Source: Minisyncoccota bacterium
GTDB lineage: Bacteria; Patescibacteriota; Minisyncoccia; UBA6257; GWB1-50-10
NCBI GenBank assembly: GCA_041665265.1
Contig: JBAYJE010000002.1
Span: 10,836-74,835, forward strand
Direction: 5' to 3'
DNA length: 64,000 nucleotides
The notes under the pieces are model-generated. The model was not told the origin of the DNA, did not search any database, and worked only from the letters and a program-made list of their open reading frames with translations. Positions 38,884-47,978 of this stretch are shown here, one piece after another (position 1 is the first letter of the stretch; each line of letters begins with the position of its first letter). The translations under genes were made by a program, and so were the position numbers.

Positions 38884-39957
38884 ATGCGTATTATTGCTCA
38901 TCTCGATATGGATGCATTTTTTGCGTCAGTCGAAGAGCGTGATAATCCTCGCTTTCGTAATCTTCCTCTCGTGGTAGGCTCTGATCCACTCGGAGGAAAA
39001 GGAAGGGGTGTGGTTTCTACCGCAAATTATAGAGCGAGAAAATATGGTATTCGTTCCGCACTTCCTATTAGTAAGGCGTGGGAATATGCAGAGCAGGCAC
39101 GCCGCGAAGGGAAGCCCCCCGTTATTTTTCTAGGAGTTGATATGGAGAAGTATTCTCGTGTATCGGAACATATCAGAGCATTAGTGCTTCAACTCACACC
39201 AAAAATTGAACAGGCAAGTATTGATGAAATATATTGTGATGTAAGTGAGTATGGAAGTTTTGAGAAGGCAGAAAGGACGTGCGTAGCACTTCAAAAGAAA
39301 ATACAAAAAGAAGAACATCTTTCTTGTTCGCTTGGTATTGGGCCGAACAAACTTGTAGCAAAGATCGCTTCAGATTTCAAAAAGCCTTTAGGGCTTACGG
39401 TAGTCCGACCGGATAATGTATTGCAGTTTCTCGCACCACTCTCAATACGTAAAATGCCAGGAATAGGTCCCAAGATGGAAGAGATATTGCATGCGAAAAA
39501 AGTAAATACCATAGAAGATATACAGAAGTATTCTCTTGAAGAAATGAAGGAAGAGCTTGGGAAATGGGGTGAGGCAATATTTTTTCATGCGCATGGTAGT
39601 GATGACACACCAGTAACGGAAGAATATGAGACGAAATCAATCGGAGAGCAGGAAACGTTTCTTCGTGATACGTCCGATGTGGGTGAAGTAGCAGTAATAA
39701 TAACAAAATTGAGTAGTGCGGTATTCCAACGTTTTAAAAAAAGTGAATTTGTTTCTTTTCGAAGAATTGCGGTGACTGTGCGTTTTGCTGATTTTAAGAC
39801 GGTGTCACGATCGCATGCATTCGAAAAAACTCCACAAAACGAAAAAGAGTTTATTTTTGAAGTGATGAAGATTCTTCTTCCATTTTTTGATGCGCGAGAA
39901 AATCCTCACAAAAAGAAGTTCCGTCTTCTCGGTGTTCGTGTTGAACAATTTAAATAA
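38884..39957 (+). CDS. dinB: DNA polymerase IV (Y-family)
   Basis: MRIIAHLDMDAFFASVEERDNP, SIDEIYCDV catalytic acidic residues. Confidence 0.85.
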   Translation: MRIIAHLDMDAFFASVEERDNPRFRNLPLVVGSDPLGGKGRGVVSTANYRARKYGIRSALPISKAWEYAEQARREGKPPVIFLGVDMEKYSRVSEHIRALVLQLTPKIEQASIDEIYCDVSEYGSFEKAERTCVALQKKIQKEEHLSCSLGIGPNKLVAKIASDFKKPLGLTVVRPDNVLQFLAPLSIRKMPGIGPKMEEILHAKKVNTIEDIQKYSLEEMKEELGKWGEAIFFHAHGSDDTPVTEEYETKSIGEQETFLRDTSDVGEVAVIITKLSSAVFQRFKKSEFVSFRRIAVTVRFADFKTVSRSHAFEKTPQNEKEFIFEVMKILLPFFDARENPHKKKFRLLGVRVEQFK

Positions 39958-39968
39958 AAACCCCGGCA

Positions 39969-40370
39969 TTATGCAGGGGTTTGTCTCTTTTTTGGTCCGA
40001 TGCGTTTGTGAGCATGAGGGTGTCCAGATATTTGGACAAGCCCGCATCCTAAAGGATCAATAGTGAGATTTTTACAGGTGCATGTAGTAATGGAGAGAAC
40101 ATCTGTTGAAATGAATTCTCCGCAATTTCCACATTGGTAGTAAATGTCTTCCGGCTTCGGATTACATTTTTTGCACGGGCGTGCACCGTACGCAATCGCA
40201 TCTTCATAGGTGTGTACAAAAATACGATTTTTAGGATGTACCAGCCTTTTTCCTGAGGGGCAATCAAGTCGACCAAATATCTTTTTGGAAGCGATGATTG
40301 CAAATCGTCCAGGTATGCGAGAGTTTATAAATTTTCCTTGTTTCCAAATACGATACAATTTTGCTTTCAT
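39969..40370 (-). CDS. Ada metal-binding (Zn) domain-containing small protein
   Basis: RIFVHTYEDAIAYGARPCKKCNP resembles Ada N-terminal Zn-binding motif; further CGNCGEF...CTC cysteines. Confidence 0.45.
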   Translation of the reverse strand: MKAKLYRIWKQGKFINSRIPGRFAIIASKKIFGRLDCPSGKRLVHPKNRIFVHTYEDAIAYGARPCKKCNPKPEDIYYQCGNCGEFISTDVLSITTCTCKNLTIDPLGCGLVQISGHPHAHKRIGPKKRQTPA

Positions 40371-40451
40371 GAGCCATCTCTTTTTTTGAATACTACTAAT
40401 GGTCAGGATATGTCTTTTGGAGAAAATTGCAAGGAGGTTTAGTAATCGGAA

Positions 40452-40485
40452 ATAAAAAACCCCGTTAAAAAGGGGTTATTTTTTG
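40452..40485. terminator. Bidirectional hairpin terminator (AACCCC-gttaaaaa-GGGGTT flanked by A/T runs)
   Basis: Seen directly in sequence. Confidence 0.6.
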
Positions 40486-40769
40486 AAAACATGGTATGTA
40501 AATTTTCTCTCACGAATTATTTCTCGTAATGCGCATTTGTATTGCTTTATGAGTAGAGGGAGGGGCACTGATTGTAGCCGCGCGCTTCGCTTGCGCCACC
40601 CTTTTATGAGTATTTGAATTACCCCTGAATCATAAAAACCAAAATGACAATTGTAGCAAAGGAGATAGGGGAGGTCGAGTCTCGTCCATTCACGTTCATC
40701 GAAATGGGAGGAAAGCGCAATATGCATTTCTTTTTTGCAATGCGGACAAAAATATTTTTGCTCGTTCAT
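40476..40769 (-). CDS. Zinc-ribbon hypothetical protein
   Basis: Start MNEQKYFCPHCKKEM with GAGGT SD on minus strand; second pair CYNCHF; 97 aa. Confidence 0.45.
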   Translation of the reverse strand: MNEQKYFCPHCKKEMHIALSSHFDEREWTRLDLPYLLCYNCHFGFYDSGVIQILIKGWRKRSARLQSVPLPLLIKQYKCALREIIRERKFTYHVFKK

Positions 40770-40923
40770 GTGATACCTCGCAATTATAAAAATACTATTG
40801 TGAATTTTATACTTACAGCCACAAATTACAAGGTGGATCATTCAGGCATATATTCGAATATAACAAAGATTTGTTGTGAAAAATGAGTATGACGAGTAGG
40901 ATGGAAGTAGATACTTTTCAATA

Positions 40924-41193
40924 ATGGCGGAGGGAGTCATGAAACATATTTTTATTTTGGATACCTGTGCATGCACCCCGAAAGATAAGGTTACACTTAA
41001 GGGCCTTGTCTTTCGCCACCAAAAAGAGAATTCCATCTATTTCACCGAGATATGTTGTAATTGCAATCGTGAGACACACATTCGGCAGTTACAAGAGAAT
41101 ATGGACGAGATTTGGAAGATGGAACAGGAGTGCAACGAATATCTTGAGACGGAGAAAAGTGCGTGGCTTCTTAGATATATCGATAAAAAATGA
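40924..41193 (+). CDS. Cys-rich hypothetical protein
   Basis: 89 aa; CAC...CCNC; followed by terminator 41195-41218. Confidence 0.4.
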   Translation: MAEGVMKHIFILDTCACTPKDKVTLKGLVFRHQKENSIYFTEICCNCNRETHIRQLQENMDEIWKMEQECNEYLETEKSAWLLRYIDKK

Positions 41194-41220
41194 ACCCCGC
41201 TGTCATAGCGGGGTTTTTGT
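41193..41220 (+). terminator. Rho-independent terminator (CCCCGCT-gtcat-AGCGGGG + T5)
   Basis: Seen directly. Confidence 0.7.
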
Positions 41221-41248
41221 TCCTTCAAAACATTGTATACTTACCTCT

Positions 41249-41671
41249 ATGTGGATGGTGTATGCTTTTCTTTCCGCAATTACGGCGGCACTTGTTGCAA
41301 TTTTTGGTAAGCTTGGACTGAAAGGGATTGATTCAACACTTGCAACTACTATTCGCTCTTTTATTATGGCGGGTTTTCTTCTTTTTGTAAGTATATTATT
41401 AAATAAATTTAAAGGATTTTCGTTTGGTGCGTTGAGCGGAAAGGAATGGATGCTCATTGTTCTTTCTGGAATTGCGGGCGCACTTTCTTGGCTTTTTTAT
41501 TTTTTTGCATTGAAATCAGGCGAAGCAGGGAAGGTGGTGGCAATTGATCGTCTAAGTATTGTATTTGTGATCATACTCGCTGCACTTTTTCTTGGTGAGC
41601 CACTTGGATGGAAGACGGTGTTGGGCGCGCTTCTTATGCTTGGGGGAGCGCTTCTTATTACTCTCAAATAA
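41249..41671 (+). CDS. EamA-like (DMT superfamily) small transporter
   Basis: About 141 aa, 4-5 TM, MWMVYAFLSAITAALVAIFGKLGLKGIDSTLATTIRSF; ORF-track N-terminal extension (40967) is soluble and overlaps the terminator, so internal start chosen. Confidence 0.6.
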   Translation: MWMVYAFLSAITAALVAIFGKLGLKGIDSTLATTIRSFIMAGFLLFVSILLNKFKGFSFGALSGKEWMLIVLSGIAGALSWLFYFFALKSGEAGKVVAIDRLSIVFVIILAALFLGEPLGWKTVLGALLMLGGALLITLK

Positions 41672-41678
41672 GACAATC

Positions 41679-41706
41679 AAAAACCGCGCATAGAGCGCGG
41701 TTTTTA
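41679..41706. terminator. Bidirectional terminator (CCGCGC-ataga-GCGCGG with flanking A5/T5)
   Basis: Between convergent EamA (+) and tig (-). Confidence 0.7.
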
Positions 41707-41707
41707 G

Positions 41708-42730
41708 TTACCAACTTGCTTCTTCGAGAAATTTTAACGTCTTCTCATTGCTAAGCATTTCTTCTATATAATTTCGAAATGCTTCTGAGTCGGTATTGGG
41801 GTAGTGTGCTTGCGCGTGTTTGAGTTCTTTTTCAATCTCTTTTTCGTCTGCTTTAATATTTTCTTTTTTTGCAATCGCTTTGAGAATAAATTTCATCTTC
41901 ATTTGGCGCTCAATCATTTCCTGTTTCTCTTTCATATATTCTTCCTCGGTTTTTTTCACAATTGTAAAGTATTCCTCTTCACTCATTTTTCTTTTCTCGA
42001 GTTCTTGATGAAGACGACGATGTGCAGTGTGAAGCTCGTCTTCTATCATGAGGGAGGGGAGAGTAAGCTTTGTTTCTTTTACAAGTTCCTGAGCAATCTG
42101 CTCATAGCTCAAGCGCTGTGCTTCAACCTCTTTCTCTTTCTCAATGTTTTCTTGCATCTTTTTTTTGAAATCAGCAACATTTTCAAAAGGACCAAATGTT
42201 TTTACAAGTTCGTCGGTGAGTTCTGGTGCTTTTCCTGCCTCATCGGTGCGCATAGTAAGAATTTGCTGAATAGTTTCGTCTACATCTTTGTCAGTGACCT
42301 CAGGTTTCACTTGTTTTCCTTTCACTATTTTTGCAATTTTTTTGTAGTTAGGGAGTGTAACTTCTGGCTCAACCGCAACAGATATTTTAAATTCGAGCGC
42401 AGATCCTTCTGCGAGTTTCACAAAAGTAATGCGCGGCGAGCTTAAGGGTTCGATGGTATTATCATGAAGGATATGCGGATAGGCGACATTGAGTGCTTCC
42501 TCAGCCGCATCTTCAAGGATGTGGTTCATGTTTACTTGCTTTAAGACGATAGCTTCTGGCACATTCCCTTTTCTAAATCCTTGAACCTCAATTTGCTGAG
42601 ATACCTCACGAAGCACCTCTTTGCGATGCAATTCCATGGTGGGTGCAGGAATTTCCCCCTCGATTTCAACCACAGAATCCTTTGGTTTTCCTACTTTTAT
42701 ATTCGCGTACAATAATTTAGTTTCTTCCAT
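41708..42730 (-). CDS. tig: Trigger factor (short form)
   Basis: N-terminal ribosome-binding domain with GFRKGNVP signature; 340 aa versus about 430 typical. Confidence 0.7.
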   Translation of the reverse strand: MEETKLLYANIKVGKPKDSVVEIEGEIPAPTMELHRKEVLREVSQQIEVQGFRKGNVPEAIVLKQVNMNHILEDAAEEALNVAYPHILHDNTIEPLSSPRITFVKLAEGSALEFKISVAVEPEVTLPNYKKIAKIVKGKQVKPEVTDKDVDETIQQILTMRTDEAGKAPELTDELVKTFGPFENVADFKKKMQENIEKEKEVEAQRLSYEQIAQELVKETKLTLPSLMIEDELHTAHRRLHQELEKRKMSEEEYFTIVKKTEEEYMKEKQEMIERQMKMKFILKAIAKKENIKADEKEIEKELKHAQAHYPNTDSEAFRNYIEEMLSNEKTLKFLEEASW

Positions 42731-42817
42731 AGTGATGCTACTTTACTATACGATTTTTTACTTCGCAAGCATTATGTATTTTGTCTTTCTTCGTTATAAT
42801 AGATAGGAATAGCACCT

Positions 42818-44008
42818 ATGCTTATCGAGCGAACCCATTTTCATTTTTTTGGAAAAACAGAATTAAATGCCCTTTATGCAACACTCGGGCTTATTTATTT
42901 TGGTGAAAGCTTGGTGAGTGTATTTGTGCCCGTATATTTGTGGAAACTCGATTTTCAATTGTGGCAGATTCTTTTTTTCTATTTTCTCAACTCCCTTTTC
43001 TTTGTAATTCTTACCTTTCTTATGCTCCCCTGGTTTAAGAAGTTGAGTGATAAGATGATGATGTTTTTGAGCATTCCTTTTCTTGTTGCTTATTTTCTTG
43101 TGTTGAAATTAATCCCTGATATTGGAGCCATGTTTTATGTAGCTCCTTTTCTTCTTGCATGCAGTGCATTGCTATTCAATGTGGGGTACAACCTCGATTT
43201 TTCGAAGGCAACCGATGACAAGAAATTGGGACGTGAAGTGGGAACGAGATACACCGTAGGAGCGCTTACCCAATTCGCAGCACCATTTTTGGGTGGCATT
43301 CTCATTACTACAGTTGGATTTTCAGGCACGTTCTTTGTTGCGGCACTTGTTCTTTTTGTTGCAGTGTTTCCTCTTTTCTTTTTTCCCCACCACCATCTTC
43401 CTCTCAGTCTTAAAAGAAGCGCGCTCGTTTCATTTCTTGAGCAACCAAAACTCGGTATGCTCAATTTGGCATGTGCGGGATATGCAATGGAAACGATAAT
43501 TGGGCGGGTAGTCTGGCCCTTCTTTATTTTTATTGCGGTAGGTAGTATTGAAAATCTTGGCGGAGTGGTGTCGGTGGGACTTCTTGCGTCTGCATTGGCC
43601 ACTTACTTTGTAGGTTTTCTTTCTGACGATGGAAAACGAAGAAAAGCGCTTGCATGGACCACTGGTCTTTTCTCATTTGTGTGGGTGCTGCGCCTTTTCT
43701 TTAAGAGTGTGCCAGGAGTAGTAGGGAGTCACATAGGAGGTAATATTATAAATTCCTCACTTATGGTTGCTTTCTCAAGTCAGTTGTATAAAATTACGCG
43801 CCTTGCTCCCAATCCAAGTCTTTTTATTTTAAGCCGCGAAGTGTTATATCAACTCGCGCGCGTATTCTTTTTGCCGGTACTTATGTTTCTTGCGTTTATG
43901 CTTCCCCTCGATATTTTCTTTTCTGTAAGTTTTGGTATGGCTGCCATCCTCTCACTTTCTTTTCTTTTTGCAAATAAATTTCATTCTCATACTATTGAAG
44001 AAAACTGA
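42818..44008 (+). CDS. MFS transporter
   Basis: 12 predicted TM helices; 396 aa. Confidence 0.6.
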   Translation: MLIERTHFHFFGKTELNALYATLGLIYFGESLVSVFVPVYLWKLDFQLWQILFFYFLNSLFFVILTFLMLPWFKKLSDKMMMFLSIPFLVAYFLVLKLIPDIGAMFYVAPFLLACSALLFNVGYNLDFSKATDDKKLGREVGTRYTVGALTQFAAPFLGGILITTVGFSGTFFVAALVLFVAVFPLFFFPHHHLPLSLKRSALVSFLEQPKLGMLNLACAGYAMETIIGRVVWPFFIFIAVGSIENLGGVVSVGLLASALATYFVGFLSDDGKRRKALAWTTGLFSFVWVLRLFFKSVPGVVGSHIGGNIINSSLMVAFSSQLYKITRLAPNPSLFILSREVLYQLARVFFLPVLMFLAFMLPLDIFFSVSFGMAAILSLSFLFANKFHSHTIEEN

Positions 44009-44015
44009 CATTCTA

Positions 44016-45185
44016 ATGACAAAACAAAAAAATGGACAGACATTGTTTGAGGAAAAGCCACTTACTGTTTCTGAATATATTGAGCTTTTAAATACGGCGC
44101 TCGCTCGTGATGAGGTCCGTCTGGTGGGTGAGGCGGCAGAGATAAAGTCTTATCCATCAGGTCATGTTTATTTTTCACTCAAAGATGAAAAAGCAAACGC
44201 GGTTATGAATTGTGTTATATGGAAGGGGAATTATGCACGTTGTGGTGTGACAATTGAAGTGGGCATGCGACTCGTACTTACAGGAATACCAAGTCTATAT
44301 GCACCAACGGGGCGTTTTTCATTTGTGGCAAGTATGGTGGAGTTGCAGGGAGAAGGCGCTCTTAAAAAGGCATATGATGAGTTAAAGAAAAAACTTGAGG
44401 GCGAGGGCCTTTTTGCAACAGAACGAAAACGAGCGTTACCAGAGTTGCCACATCGTATAGGTGTAGTGACTTCTCGCGAAGGCGCGGTGATTCACGATTT
44501 TATAAATAATCTTGGGCATTTTGGATTTGAGGTGAGTATGGTAGATTCTCGTGTGGAGGGGCAGCAGGCGGTCACCCCGTTACTCCAGGCAATTCGCACA
44601 CTAAAGAAAAAAAACATCGAAGCACTCGTCGTCATTCGTGGAGGTGGTTCATTTGAGTCACTTCAAGCATTTAATAATGAGATGTTAGTGCGAGAGCTTG
44701 TTAATTTTCCTGTCCCAGTAATTGCGGGGATTGGTCATGATAAAGATGTACCACTTGCCGCACTTGTTGCTGACTATATGGTATCCACACCAACTGCGGC
44801 CGCACATCTTCTTAATGAATCATGGGAATCGGCATATGCGAAAATTCATCAAGTGCCCCATCTTCTCGCACGCATAAAACGCGAATTCGAAAAGATACAG
44901 ACGGATTTTAAAATGGCAGAAGATTCTATGTTTACACACATTGAAGGTGGCATAGAATCACTTTGGCAGACTCTTCACAATGCGGAACAAGTGATTGCGT
45001 TAAATAATCCCGTGCGACAACTACGCCTTGGATATGCAATTGTGCGCAAAGAAGGGAAAATTGCAAGGTCATTAAATGATTTTGCAATTGATGAGCGAGC
45101 GAGTATTGAAGTGAGTGACGGCACGCTCCTTGCGCGAGTAGAAGAAAAAAGCGAATATAAGAATCATGGCAACGAAAGAAACTAA
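44016..45185 (+). CDS. xseA: Exodeoxyribonuclease VII large subunit
   Basis: Start ATG 44016 (MTKQKNGQTLFEEKPLTVSEYIELLN...); OB-fold then catalytic domain; overlaps xseB start. Confidence 0.8.
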   Translation: MTKQKNGQTLFEEKPLTVSEYIELLNTALARDEVRLVGEAAEIKSYPSGHVYFSLKDEKANAVMNCVIWKGNYARCGVTIEVGMRLVLTGIPSLYAPTGRFSFVASMVELQGEGALKKAYDELKKKLEGEGLFATERKRALPELPHRIGVVTSREGAVIHDFINNLGHFGFEVSMVDSRVEGQQAVTPLLQAIRTLKKKNIEALVVIRGGGSFESLQAFNNEMLVRELVNFPVPVIAGIGHDKDVPLAALVADYMVSTPTAAAHLLNESWESAYAKIHQVPHLLARIKREFEKIQTDFKMAEDSMFTHIEGGIESLWQTLHNAEQVIALNNPVRQLRLGYAIVRKEGKIARSLNDFAIDERASIEVSDGTLLARVEEKSEYKNHGNERN

Positions 45186-45372
45186 AACTTTTAAACAGCA
45201 AATGGAGGAGCTTAGCAAGATTCTTGCTTGGTTTGACGCAAGTGAGGAGCTTGATGTGGAGGCAGCATTGAAAAAGGTGAAGCAGGCAGCCGACCTCATT
45301 CGGGCAAGTAAAAAGCGCCTTGCGGAAGTTGAAAATGAGTTTAAGGAAATAAAGAAAGAAATTGAGGAGTAG
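45166..45372 (+). CDS. xseB: Exodeoxyribonuclease VII small subunit
   Basis: MATKETKTFKQQMEELSKILAWFD...; 68 aa. Confidence 0.8.
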   Translation: MATKETKTFKQQMEELSKILAWFDASEELDVEAALKKVKQAADLIRASKKRLAEVENEFKEIKKEIEE

Positions 45373-45557
45373 GCATTTTCCTATTGCTTTTTTTATTCGA
45401 TATGGTATAGTAGGCGCGTAAGTAGGTTTCTCAGTTGGTGTTTCCCTTAGCCTGTATAGTGTTTAAGGATGTATTTAGGAGAGCGAAAGCACTCCAGAGT
45501 ACGAGCCAAGGTGAGTGGTCGCCCTACAAGCAAGAAACACACATACACAAAAAGTAC

Positions 45558-45869
45558 ATGGCAAAGAGATTATATGTGGGAGGATTGCCGTATTCAACCA
45601 CGGATGCCGAATTAAAAGAGGCTTTCGAAAAGGTGATACCGGTCCAATCTGCTTCAATCATCATCGACAAGATGTCGGGACGATCACGCGGATTCGGTTT
45701 CGTAGAGGTAGTAAACGACAATGATGTCGAGAAAGCTATCGAAACGATGAATGGCAAGGAATTCGGAGGACGCACACTCACGGTAAATGAGGCACGCCCA
45801 ATGGAATCGAGAGATTCACGAGATTCCCGACCCCGCGGAGGTTTTGGTGGAGGAAGGAGAGATTACTAA
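45558..45869 (+). CDS. RRM-domain RNA-binding protein with RGG-like tail
   Basis: RNP2 LYVGGL and RNP1 RGFGFVEV; C-terminal RDSRDSRPRGGFGGGRRDY; about 150-nt 5' UTR. Confidence 0.8.
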   Translation: MAKRLYVGGLPYSTTDAELKEAFEKVIPVQSASIIIDKMSGRSRGFGFVEVVNDNDVEKAIETMNGKEFGGRTLTVNEARPMESRDSRDSRPRGGFGGGRRDY

Positions 45870-45887
45870 TTCCCCAAACTACAAAAA

Positions 45888-45920
45888 GTTCCGTTCGCTC
45901 TCAAGCGAACGGGATTTTTG
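45888..45920 (+). terminator. Rho-independent terminator (CCGTTCGC-tctcaa-GCGAACGG + T5)
   Basis: Reverse-complement copy of the terminator element at 29364. Confidence 0.65.
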
Positions 45921-45953
45921 TTTTGTAAATTGATGGTACAATAGAAAAGAAGT

Positions 45954-46712
45954 ATGGGTAAATTTTACAGTGGCACAAGGACACGCAACGTGTTCAATCC
46001 AAATTCGAAAGAATCCTTTCGTATCAGTCGTTCAAAGATTGACGATTTTTTAAATTGTCCTCGTTGTTTTTATCTCGATCGGCGTCTTGGAGTGGGAAAA
46101 CCACCCTCTTTTCCATTTAATTTAAATAATGCGGTTGATACACTTTTGAAAAAAGAATTTGATATTCATCGCGCCAGACAAACAGTACATCCACTTATGA
46201 AAACATACGGGATAGATGCAGTTCCTTATGCGCATGAAAAAATAGAAGAGTGGCGAGATGCACTTCGACGTGGTGTGCAATATCTTCATACGCCGACCAA
46301 CCTTTTAATCACGGGAGGAGTAGATGATGTATGGGTGAGTCCAAAAGGGGAGCTTATTATTGCAGATTATAAAGCAACCTCAAAAGAAACAGCGGTAAAT
46401 CTTGATGCGGAATGGCAGATTGGATACAAACGACAAATGGAGGTCTATCAATGGCTTTTTCGGCAGAATGGATTTGAGGTTCAAGATACAGGATATTTTG
46501 TGTATTGTAATGGCACGACAGATAGAGAAGCGTTCGATGGAAAGCTTGAATTTGATGTGGTCCTTTTGCCGTATAAAGGAAATGATAAGTGGGTAGAGCC
46601 AACACTTACTCGTATTCATGAGACACTTATGAGTGATGTGATGCCATTTTCGGGACCCGAATGCGATCTTTGTGAATATCGGAAGGCTGCACGCGATGCG
46701 GAAGAGAAATAA
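45954..46712 (+). CDS. PD-(D/E)XK nuclease family protein, Cas4/RecB-like with N- and C-terminal Cys pairs
   Basis: CPRCFY near N-terminus, GGVDDVWV...ELIIADYK (D...D/ExK), CDLCEY at C-terminus. Confidence 0.55.
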   Translation: MGKFYSGTRTRNVFNPNSKESFRISRSKIDDFLNCPRCFYLDRRLGVGKPPSFPFNLNNAVDTLLKKEFDIHRARQTVHPLMKTYGIDAVPYAHEKIEEWRDALRRGVQYLHTPTNLLITGGVDDVWVSPKGELIIADYKATSKETAVNLDAEWQIGYKRQMEVYQWLFRQNGFEVQDTGYFVYCNGTTDREAFDGKLEFDVVLLPYKGNDKWVEPTLTRIHETLMSDVMPFSGPECDLCEYRKAARDAEEK

Positions 46713-46739
46713 TTATGTTAAATTTGATATTCTATATAT

Positions 46740-46979
46740 ATGACGAATCAATTAACGTTTAGTCCTGTTGAGTGGGCACTTCTGGGAGTCGCACTTTTGT
46801 GGACGCTTATGTGGAAAGGGTTTGCACTTTGGAAGGCAGCAAGAAAAAATGATAAGTGGTGGTTTATTGCCATGATAGTGCCGGTGAACACACTTGGGAT
46901 TCTCGAAATTTTTTATGTTTTCTTTTTTAGCGAAAGAAAAAATTCAAAAAAGAATTTAAAAGAAGAAGAAGGCGTGTAA
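46740..46979 (+). CDS. Small membrane protein (2 TM)
   Basis: 79 aa with two hydrophobic helices and KK-rich tail. Confidence 0.45.
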   Translation: MTNQLTFSPVEWALLGVALLWTLMWKGFALWKAARKNDKWWFIAMIVPVNTLGILEIFYVFFFSERKNSKKNLKEEEGV

Positions 46980-47068
46980 AAAAATATTTTCCCCTCTTTT
47001 TTGAAAGTTTTCCACAGGCACTGCATGTGACAACAGTGTATAATAAGTGCAGATGAGCAATTGTGAAA

Positions 47069-47092
47069 TCCGGAATTCACAATGCGTGAGAG
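47069..47092. promoter_or_regulatory. Palindromic operator-like site TTGTGAA-N8-TTCACAA upstream of small basic protein gene
   Basis: AATTGTGAAATCCGGAATTCACAATG; TGTGA/TCACA half-sites. Confidence 0.4.
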
Positions 47093-47157
47093 TGTAAAAG
47101 AAAGTGCACTCCATATTCTCGAAAGGTCGAATACAATAAAGAATTTTTATTCTCTCT

Positions 47158-47250
47158 ATGGCAAAAAAAGTAAAAAAAGTAGCAAAGAAAGCAAAGCCGA
47201 AGGCAAAACCTAAAGCAAAGAAAGCTGCTAAGAAAGGAAAGAGAAAGTAA
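47158..47250 (+). CDS. 30-aa lysine/alanine-rich basic protein (MAKKVKKVAKKAKPKAKPKAKKAAKKGKRK)
   Basis: ATG 47158 to TAA 47248-47250 followed immediately by strong terminator; below ORF-track size cut-off. Confidence 0.5.
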   Translation: MAKKVKKVAKKAKPKAKPKAKKAAKKGKRK

Positions 47251-47258
47251 TCACTAAA

Positions 47259-47287
47259 ATTCCCTCGCGTACGCGGGGGAATTTTTT
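47259..47287 (+). terminator. Rho-independent terminator (TTCCCTCGCG-ta-CGCGGGGGAA + T6)
   Basis: 10-bp stem then TTTTTT. Confidence 0.8.
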
Positions 47288-47379
47288 GTTGAACTTTCTA
47301 GACCCACCTCTTATTAGGGGAAAATGTGGAGGTTGGCAAATTTGCTCGAATCCTTGATTTTCTGGTACAATCCGCTCAT

Positions 47380-47895
47380 ATGAAAGAAGAAACAAAGAGC
47401 GGTGCAATGGGTATGGTATGCAGCCAAAAAAAGGTCGTAGTATATTCTCTTGTTTCGTTACTTGTAGGTCTTCTTGTGGGCTGGATTATCTTTAGTCCTG
47501 CAAGACCAGCAACAGAAACAGAGGAAGGTATAGTATCGGAAACACCTCTGGTGTTGAATGGAAAGAATGTTGTTTCAGTGGATGACCAGCTTCCTGGTAC
47601 TACTGTAACAATACAGTCAGTGACCTTTGAGAGTGCGGGGTGGGTAGCAATTCATGAAGATCGTGATGGTGGTCCCGGTAATATCCTTGGCGCTTCGTGG
47701 TTTCCTGCAGGAACGAATTCTGGTTCAGTCGAACTTTTAAGGACAACAATTGATGGAGGAACGTATTATGCAATGATGCATAATGACGACGGAAATAAGT
47801 TGTTTGATTTTAAAGTAGACGCACCACTTACTGATGAGTCTGGAAATTCACTTATGGTGAAATTTATGACTACTGCAGCGCCTGCAGTACAATAA
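47380..47895 (+). CDS. Secreted/membrane-anchored hypothetical protein
   Basis: Start ATG 47380 after TGgTACAAT extended -10; hydrophobic anchor VVVYSLVSLLVGLLVGWIIF. Confidence 0.5.
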   Translation: MKEETKSGAMGMVCSQKKVVVYSLVSLLVGLLVGWIIFSPARPATETEEGIVSETPLVLNGKNVVSVDDQLPGTTVTIQSVTFESAGWVAIHEDRDGGPGNILGASWFPAGTNSGSVELLRTTIDGGTYYAMMHNDDGNKLFDFKVDAPLTDESGNSLMVKFMTTAAPAVQ

Positions 47896-47978
47896 TTACT
47901 TACTAAGTAATTAAAATACTCCCTTCATAGCGAAGGGAATATTTATTTATAGATGTTTGTGAGTACAATAAAGAAACT

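Noticed and set aside
39951-39995. Terminator after dinB (CCCC ... GGGG)
   Set aside because: Only about 4 bp of clean stem could be verified by eye; too weak to list as a feature, though the A/T runs on both sides suggest some bidirectional termination
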